Notes under the pieces: model-generated
Database searches by the model: none
Told to the model about the DNA's origin: nothing
The model's input: only the letters and a program-made list of their open reading frames with translations
Source: Flavobacteriaceae bacterium
GTDB lineage: Bacteria; Bacteroidota; Bacteroidia; Flavobacteriales; Flavobacteriaceae
Assembly (NCBI GenBank): GCA_002721275.1
Contig: PBJZ01000018.1
Span: 3,729 to 67,728 of the forward strand
Direction: 5' to 3'
DNA length: 64,000 bases
In this document: one piece after another, positions 1 through 9,900 of the stretch
Layout: each line of letters begins with the position of its first letter
How positions within the stretch are numbered: position 1 is the stretch's first letter
Made by a program: the position numbers and the translations under genes

Positions 1-3000
1 GGTTGTAGAATTTGGTGTTATATCAGTACTTGTAACTGTTCCCGTTGTGGTAGCTAATTCTAGATTGTATGTTCCCCCTGGTGTTTCCGCTTTTAAATAT
101 ATAGCATTGTTAGTTAGATCAGGAATCGCAAATATTGACGAGTTAGAATCTAATCTTGGAACCAAGTCATTGATTATTTGAGTAATACTTGTTTGTCCAG
201 CCTGAACAGGATGATCATAATTTAATTCGTCAATTGTAACAGTTACTTTATCTCCAGCAGAAAAAGTTCCAGATATTGTAATTTTATCTTGTTGAGCAAA
301 ATCAGCGGATTCTAAAACAAAGTTTTTAGCTCCATTACTAATTTCGTAGGTGATATCAATAATATCGTTATCATTACAAACTTCCTGATTATCTGTTCCA
401 GCATCTGATGTAAGCGCAATCTTAGAATTAGGAAGAATACTAATAGCCACAGTTTGTTTTCCCGCCGGACTGCAACTTGTTCCTACAGTAGTAACATCAA
501 AAGTATAGGTCCTTGTACTACTCACTGAATCTGACGGTGATCCAGTTATGGTTACATAATTTTTATTTGTTATATCTCCTGTAACTGTGTCATCTAAAGC
601 AATTGTAGTTGTTGAGGTTAATGATTCAAAACTAAATGCCTTGCCTGGTTGGTCTGCAGTCAATATTATATTAGTACCTGAAGTTGAAGCAGTAATTGGA
701 CTAAGTCTGGTCCCTATTGAATTATTTATTTCATCTACTAATTCTTGTGCAGCTGTCTCACTTGTTATTGATGCATTTGCTATAGTATATTGATAAGAAA
801 TCCCATTAATTTTTATTGTAAATACCTGACCTGCTGGGAGGGTAGTCCCAGAAACATTTGTAGTTTGAACTTGTGCAGTAGTATAAGGTGTCAATGTTAC
901 ACCGGGAGGAAGCCCATTGAGACCTACCAAAGGAGCAACAGTAACAGCTGTAGCGGACCCTTCTACCTCAAGGCGAATTCCATCTATTTTTCCACCCTCA
1001 CATACCGCTTGAACTAATTCACCATTTGTTGTAGTTGATACTGTCTCACCAACAAACAATGTAGTTGTTATTGTTGCAGAATGATTTAATTGCTCTGCCG
1101 GAATTACAGTAATAGTGGCAGACTGAGTGGTTGAGGAAACAGAGCAGCTGGAATTTATATTTCCCATAGTTTCAACTACATATGTGTAGGTCAATGGAGC
1201 ATTAGCAGAAGGGCTTAGTCCTGATAAATCAGGAGAACCTGTAAGTGTTAATAACCCAGTTCCAGAAATATTTTCTCTTGACAAAGTATAACTAGATGTA
1301 CCATTTGAAATAAAAGGAGTCAAAGAGTATCCTTGAATGGGTCCTGCTGCCTTGGCCTCTAGAACAAGTTTCGAACCACTAGATGAAGTGGCTGACACAC
1401 TTGATGATAAATCGTTATTTATTGTTTGTACTAATCTATCAATAAAAGTAATTATAGTCTCTCCAATGACTGTTGATACAGTATAAGTCTTATCATTAAT
1501 CTGTACTCCAAATGTTTCAGAAATAGTTGCAGTAGCAGGTCCAGACCATGTTATCTCGTCAGATTGTTTTGAATCACTATAAGTTTGTGAAAGTCCAGGT
1601 GGAATCTGATCAAAATTACCATTAGTTTGAGTTGTTAAAGAAACTGCCCCACCATATACTTTAAATGAAATTGGAACAATATTAGCATTTTCACATACCT
1701 CTTGAGATGCGGTTGCTGGAGCTGTACCAAGCTCAATAACTGGTGGGCCAAGCAATGTAATTGTTCCTGTTACTGTTGCATGTGGGGTGCATGATGTACC
1801 AGTAGTCTCAATTGTATAATAATATGTTGTAGCAGTCGTAACTGCATCAGGGTCACCTGTGAGCGTAACATAATTATCATTTTCAATATCTCCCGCTACT
1901 GAGCTATCCAGTGAAGATGAATTTGTAGCAGAATTGGCATTAGTAGAAGTAGCCGTATATGAAAATGATACTCCAGGAATATCCGCTGTTAAAACAACTG
2001 TTGTACCTGATACGCCAGCAGTAACTGGACTTGTTCTATTTCCAGTTGCGGTATTAATCTGAGTTAATATACCGAGTGCAACCTCTGAATATGTTTTTGT
2101 AACAGTTGTGGAATAAGTATAATCAACACCATTAATATTTATAACAAACGAATCCCCTTGTGACATGGTTCCGGTTACCTGAACAGTCCTTACCTGAGCC
2201 TTTGAATTTGGGGTTAATGCTATCCCCGGAGGTAGTCCTGAAAAAAGATTGAGTGAAGCAGAGCTAGCGCTAACAGAGGATCCTGAAAGATCTAACCTAA
2301 TTCCAACTAATTCCTCACCCTCACATACTACCTGGTTAAGTAACCCATTAACAGTTGCACTGGTAGTTGCAAATGTAGATGAAACAATTGTTGTAGGGTG
2401 ATTAATCCTTTCTGGTGGTTTTAATTTAAATGAGCCAGTAAAAGTATCCTCATTACAAGAGTAAATATTACCGGTTGAGTTAATTGTAAAATTATAAATA
2501 TTGGTATTGTTCAATGTTACTGAAGGTGTTCCAGAAATAGTTATTATTCCAGTTCCTCTAACTGGGTTAACAGTCATATCAATGGTAGGGTCAGCTGCAA
2601 TAATTACACTTTGTGGTACTCCTATATTTGATCCTGTTACCCTTATTGTACCGCTTGCTGTAATTGTAGCTGAAATACTAGAAGTTAAATCAAGAGTAAC
2701 TGGAACTCCAACTGAACCTGTTCCCGATACCGATGAAGTTATGTTATCTATTGAAGTGCCTATTACTTTTCCAAATAACTTAAATGATCCATTACCAATA
2801 TCCATGGCTTCAACTACATCTTGAATACCAGCTGTATTATTTATTGAACTTGCAATTCCAGTTGCTATTTCAATATTAGTTGTAATAGTTGTAACAGCAG
2901 TAAATATGGCTGAACGAGCAGTATCAGTGGTTAAAGTAACAGTATAGGAATTATTAATTGCTGTTCCTTGACCAGTGATGGTAATTAACTTTACATACTG

Positions 3001-3960
3001 ATTTATTGCACTTGCTACGCCTGTTCTGAGAGTTGATGATGAGGTATTTGGTGATGCAGTATATGTAACCGTATGAGAACCACCTCCGTTAACACTTAAT
3101 GATATACTATAAGTTTCTGTTGAAGAACCAGAATTAGCACCCGAAAAACTTATTTCATCTATTTGATTTAAAGGTGCGAAATTTTGTTGCAATCCAGGAG
3201 GGATTCCTGTTAATCCAGCTAATGGTGGCACGCTGGCACCTGTAGCTCCATTAAAGACCTCAACAGTTAAATCCACAATATCCTCGCCAACACACAATTC
3301 CTGAGCTTCAGTACCTGACGCAGAAGTCTGAGTTAATAAAGACTCTGGCTCAACTATTATATATCCCGATGCTGTTCCTGGTGTACATGAACTTCCGGTT
3401 GTTTGTATAGTAAAATCATATCTTGTTGGTGTAAGAACCGGGGCAGTTGGAGTGCCATCTATTATAAATGAACCCACTCCTTGAATAGGATCTTTGGGAG
3501 TAGACATTGATAAATTTGTGGAATTTTCAAGCAAATTTATACTAAAATAAGATGCCGGATTAATTGCTGTTAATCTAATTGTACCGCTCGTTGTATCTGC
3601 ATCAGCATTAATAATTCTTAATCCATCAGCATTAATTAGGTTTGCAATAGCTTTAGCTACAGCATCTTTATCAGGTGTTCCTGTGACCACATAGTCGTAT
3701 CTCTTTCCAGAGATAAATATTTTAAAGCTTTCTGAGGCTGCTGCATTTCCTCCACCAGACACAGAAACATCATAGACCATATTTGTTGGACTGAATGTTC
3801 CTGTAACTCCGACTGGTAAACCAGTTGTTCCAGAAAGAGCTGGTACGTAGGCTCCAGTAGCTCCCCCAGTAACATTAAATGTAATTGAAACAGGTAAGGA
3901 AGTGTTTACACAAACCTCTTGAACCTCACTTCCTGCAGCTGATGTTTTAGTTAGAGTTTG
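1..3960 (-). repeat. Array of six consecutive [Ig-like + inserted module] units (~195-300 aa each). The sixth is cut by the window edge.
   Basis: The motif Q-[EAV]-[VL]-C opens each unit at residues 2938, 3144, 3467, 3677, 3908 and 4116. Each is followed by G-[LI]-P-x-G, then the inserted module, then x-I-x-G-[TS/D]-P ... Y-x-[FY]-x-[IV]-x-T-x-G-x-x-C. Confidence 0.75.
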
Positions 3961-6900
3961 ATTTGGAGGAACATTGAAAGGAATAGTAACTAATGGGGCT
4001 CCACATCCAGTTGATGTTGCAGTAACATTAACAGTACCTGAAAAATCCGAATTCCATGTTAAAACTCCAGTATCACAATTAATTACCCCAGCGGAGTTAT
4101 TATCAATGGACCATGTAATACTGTTTCCAGATCCTGGATCTGAATAAAATTGAGTTGAAGCAACAGAGCCTGGGCAACTTGGGAGGAAACTACCACCTTG
4201 TACTATTATATCAGTTGGTGTGACTGCCCTACTTGCAATGACTATGCTTTTCGTTGAAACTGGCGATGTTGTGACACCATCACAACCAATTGCAGTAGCA
4301 TTTAAATTAAAGCTTCCATGAAAACCAGAAGTCCAATCCAAGATACCCTGCTGGGTAAAAGTAGTATTTGCCTCATTATCAATAACAGTAAGGGGGCTAC
4401 CAGTTCCTGGACTAACCGAAGATAATGACCAAGTAATGTATTGATAGTCCTCAGATTGAGCAAAAAACTGAGTAGAGGGTGTAGAGTTTGTAATCTCACA
4501 ATTTGGCTGAGCTCCAGTTCTTCTGTTCCAATTTGTTCCACAAACATATGTTGAGTTTGCTACTATCAGTCCTTCATTCAAATTATAAGCAGGAGAAAAG
4601 GCGTTGTTTGGAACAGGAATCCTCTCAAATTCAACAACAAAATTTGTTCCATAATCACTGTATCCAAGATAATCTGCTGTTACATCAAGTCTAGCAGAGG
4701 TTGATCCAGCAGATATACTCGAAGCTGTAACTCCAGCGGAGCCTCTAAAAGTATGTGTAGCACCATTAATTTGATTTAAGAAACTTGTTTTAATATCATT
4801 TGCTGTCGCACTTGCAGTGGATGTGTATTCGTAACATCGTCCATTTATAGTCATTCTGTATACCTCACCAGCAGGTACATTTACTGTACCACCAGAATTA
4901 TTATCAATATATATCCTTGTTTTTTGAAATTGTTCTAAAACACCAGGTTCTGATGGAGTTGATGGAGTTTGCAACGTTGAACTCGCAGAATTTATAGTTA
5001 CTGAATTTAATGTCGCAGCAGTTGAAGAAATAGATGCAGAAATTTTAAAATTTGTAACTGATGAAATACTAGAAGTTACTTTTACGTGAGTATTTCCAAC
5101 ATTAGTTGCTGTTAAACTAAATGGAAAGCTTCCAAAGTTGGAATTAATTAATGTTGTTATTGATTCAACTGTTGCAGCTACGGTAAGAGGAGCTCCTGCA
5201 ACAGTGTATCCCGCAGTAGTTCCATTAACAGTTACAGAAACAACATCTGTAGCAACAACTGGGGCTGAAACAAAAATATGCTCCTGAATTGGATCTGCAG
5301 CAAATACTTCTATATTTTGCGTTTTGGTTCCGGATGGACCATTACACCCAAGTGTTTGAACAGATATGGTAGCAATTCCAATAAAATCAGGATCCCAAGT
5401 CACTTCTCCTGTACTAATATTAATTGTACCAGCACCCGCTGTTAAAGACCATTGTAAACCAGCTGCATTGGATTGTCCACATGCATCAAAATCAGTAATT
5501 TCTGGAGTTCCACAACTTGCTCCATTATAAATTCTAACTCCACCATCATTAATCATTGTTTCATTAGTCAATTGCATATTTCCTGAGACTCCGTCATATG
5601 ATGGGTAATTAGCTATAATATAGTTTGGAGCACCTACTGGTTGATTAACATCAATAACACCACTGATCGATGGGTCAGAACATCCTGCACACCAAATTGG
5701 TGTGATACTCATATTAGAGCCTACTGAAGTTGTTGCTGATTGGGTACTTGTGGTTGAAAATGAAACTTGAGGAGTGTCACCAGAAGAGTATGTTTCTATA
5801 GATAGAACAATACCTCTTTTTTCAGCTTCAATCGTAATTGTTGAACCTGCAACTGTTGAGGATACTAAATCAGTTGCATCCATGAACCCACTTAATTCAG
5901 TAGCAATAGCTGCTGCTCCAACTCCATTTCCTGGAGAACTAACATATGGTACTCCATTTACTACTATAGTATAAACTTCCCCTGTAGTATTTGTTGTTCC
6001 CGTTAAAGCAATTGTCGAAATATCCTGAGCCAAACTATTTTTAAATCCAATAGTATAGGGTGTGTCTTCTTTATGAGCAACTACTGTTATCGTGCCGGCT
6101 GCTGTATCGCCTGTTGCAGCAACACCTGTTGTAGCATTATTTACTCTTGCGTCATTATTTATTGCATTTGTTAGCAAGGTTACCAAACTTGCTACAGTAG
6201 CAGTAGTAGCAGTGACTGTTATGGAAAATGAATTAATTACTACTGTATATAATTCGCCTACATTGGGAGCACCAACTATATTAATTCGATCTTTTTGGTA
6301 TGATTCTGTTTTAACAGTATAAGCTAGTTGACTAGTCGGATTACCAGAAAATCTATAAAGTGTTCCTCCAATTCTACTTACCGTTATACCATTTACTGAA
6401 GCTGTAGCGTCAGCATAAGGTGGCTCTGTTGTGGCCTCATCATTAGATTTACCATTGTCAGATGGATCAATAGAAAATGGAGTAATGACAAGATCAGCAG
6501 TCCCACCAGCTATTTCGAAATCAATAGCTTGTATTGGATCTCCTCTACAAACAGTCTGATCCTTTAATCCACCACTTTGAGTAATTGTTTCAATTGGACT
6601 CACAATTACTGTTGCTGACTCAGAATCTTTAAAACAGGTTGAAGAAGTGGTTTTAATAATTGCAGGTGCTGAAATAGTTGCATTAGCGCCGCCTCCTAAG
6701 GTTCTGGTAATTGTAATTGCAGTTCCAGCTACTTTCCCTCTAATATCAATAGTACCATTTTGATAATCGTATGCTTCGACTACGTCCCTAATACCCGTTG
6801 TGGTATTGATTGCATTTGCAATACCTTCAGTAATTTTGGAATTTAATGTTACTGTTGTTAATGTTGTAAAAGTTGCCGAAGTAGTTCCTCCCGCAGCAAC

Positions 6901-9900
6901 ACTAATTTTATAGGTTTCTCCAATTGCAGCTCCGTTCCCTGAAACAGAAATCCTTTGAACGGGGTAAATATTATAGGTGTTAGTTGATCTTATTCTAAAA
7001 TATGATGTTTGAGTAAGAGGTGTTGCAGGATCAAGAGTTGTTGTATTTACATTGTTATATCCACCTGCTAGAATTGAAAAATTTTCATTATCTGTTGATC
7101 CATACCACTGATTAGTAATTGTTCCGAAATTTGGAGAATTTGATACACCCGTAGCAGATATATCAATTGGCGTCGAACCTGAGCAAATCGTTTGATTTGC
7201 AACAGTGTTTGCCTTATTAATATCATCGATTACTGAAATTAACACAGAACTTGTAGTCGCACTACATATGTTTGGAGTTGAATCAATTGCTGTCATGGAT
7301 GCGGTACCACCAGTGCCATTGGAATCTGCATACGTATAAGTGGTTCCTGAAACTTTTGGAGTTAATGTTATTACTCCATTTACATTTGCAGCGCTAACAG
7401 GTAAAGATGTATCCGCTGTAATTGATGCAACAAGGGCAGCAGCTTTTGTAGTAGTAGTTGTACCTGTTGTAACAGTCACTGCTGTTCCATTTATTATCAT
7501 TGAAAAAGCCTTTCCAGTTCCAACATCTCCAGTAATTGTTATTTGATCTATGTTATCGACAACAGAGGAAATAGCTTGTCTTCTATAATAAAGTGATGAG
7601 ATTAATGCACCAGGTGGTTGATAGGAAGCCGAAGTAGCATTTTGAATATTGGTCCAATTAATATTATTGGTTGATACCTGCCACTGATAAGTAACTGCAC
7701 CATTAACAGATGTAGCATCTTTGACACTTAATAATTGATTTGGAATAGTATTGTAACATATAAACTCAGGCATGGCAATCTGTCCAACGTCGAAAGCATT
7801 TACGGTTACTTTATGTACTTCAGAAGGAACCTCACAATTAATTACTCCTCCTGAAACTCTTTGTGTCATTCTTCTGTAGTATGAAGTTTGAGTTACAACA
7901 CCAACACTAAAGCTTACACCTGTAGCCCCAGGAATATCTTCCCAGTTACTATTATCAATTGAAATCTCCCACTGATATTCAATACCACTGGCAGGTGCGG
8001 TTGATCCTGTGACTGATAAAGCAGTTGGGACGGCTGATGGATTTGAGGGGTCATAACAAAAAACTTGGTTGTTACCACTATTTATTATTCCACCTTGTAA
8101 AGGGTCTACAGTAATAGTCCCACTAATTTGAGCTTCACTACAACCATTAAAATTAGATAAAGTTCTAACTGTATAGGTATATATTGTTGTTATTATATCC
8201 GTTGTACTTGGTGTGCCTGATATCCTGAAAATGCCACCCCCGACATAATTTCCAACCACTCCATTAGGAAGACCATCTACAACTAAAGCTGTAGGAGGGT
8301 TTACTGTTGCACTGACTGATCCTATTATATTATAAGTTATGGTTGTGATAGCAGAATTATTACAAACAGTTTGCGTACTTGTTCCTGCTGCAGATGTTAA
8401 AGTAATTGTTGAAGCAGCACTGACAGCAATCGTTCCACTTAAAGAGTCATTGACTGAACACTCATTAGCTCCTGTGGTAGAAATTGTATAGCTAAATACT
8501 TGGGAAGCTACACCAGAATTTATTGTCCCACTAATAATAATTTGATTTGTATTGGAAGTTGTTATAGAGTTAGTCATTCTAGAATTTCCTGCTGTACCTC
8601 CAAGGTTAACTCCAAACGGTACACCTAGACTCTTTGAAGTAAGCCTAATAGCATGATCCCCAATTTTAGTAACAGTAACACTTGCAGATGCACTCCCATC
8701 AATTGCAGTAAACAAACCATCTCTAATCGTTTCTGATGTGTTTCCAGTTATCGCAGCAAAAGAATACATAGTTCCATTAACCCCTATTATATACGATCCA
8801 CTAACAGCACCGGTAACTGTAACTGTATTAGATTGAGCTAATTTATTTGAATTTGCACTAACACCTGGGGGAAGAGTAAGGGGTATAGTAGGGCTTATTT
8901 GAGTGGCGCTTCCTTTTAATTCATAAGTGATAGATTCAATAGCACTTCCAGCACAAACTATTTGAGTAGTATAAGAAGCTGCTGAGGAAAGCTCGATAAC
9001 TTCTGCTGGCTCGACGGTAATAATTCCTGTTCTAACAACTTCAGGACACCCGGAAGAACCAGAACTACTAACACTATAGTTAAATATTGTAGTATATGGA
9101 ATAGTCACACTTGGAGTTCCTGTAATTATAAATTTCTTTGTAGTGCTTGAATACTGCCCTGTAACCCCAGTTGGTAATCCATCAATGACCATAGTTGGGT
9201 CAGTAACTTGAGCTCCAGTCCCTCCTCCTCCAAGAGTGTAGGTTATAGAAGATATGGCAGAGTTATTACAAACTGTCTGAGAATCAGAATTTGCAACTCC
9301 CGTATTAGTTAATACCAAAGTAGAAGATTCTTTAAGTGTTATTGTTCCTGTTAAGGAACTTGTGACTGTGCAGGTAGGACTACCTCCTGCATAAGTTGTT
9401 ATGGAATAAGTATACGTTGCAGCAGTTACACTCGAATCAAGTGTACCTTGAATACGATACCTATTTGTATTTGAAGTAACTGAAGTATTAGTCATATTAA
9501 CTGATCCAGCCCATGCATCGTAGTCATCACCAATATTAACCTTGAAAGGAGTTCCTGCAACTTTAGCAGTCAAATCAAAAGCAGTAGATCCGTTATTAGA
9601 AACATTGACAGGAACTGTTCCACTACCACTAATAGCTGCAACTAATCCATTTCTAATTTGATTTGCTGTACTTGTATTACTATCTCCAAAACTGAAAACC
9701 TCTCCATTAATAGCAAGTCTGTGTGTTCCAGTTGCAGCCCCAGAAATATTAATTGTGTTTACCTGCGCAACCTTAAGGTGATTAGCAGTAATTCCAGCAG
9801 GAAGACCCATAGTTGATGCTAGGGTTGGACTAATTGTAATTGCACTGCCAGTTAAATCATAAACTATATCGGTTATTGCTACTGATGGATCACACACATC

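Noticed and set aside
587-7546. Nine plus-strand ORFs of 63-107 aa listed in the track (587-793, 790-1017, 2501-2824, 4503-4694, 5774-5974, 6092-6322, 7340-7546, and so on), plus two minus-strand out-of-frame ORFs (3657-3875, 4302-4547).
   Set aside because: All lie inside, and antisense to or out of frame with, the 4,244-codon minus-strand ORF. Their translations are low-complexity shadows (V/T/I/A-rich) of the Thr/Ser/Gly-rich sense frame. I treat them as non-coding shadow ORFs.
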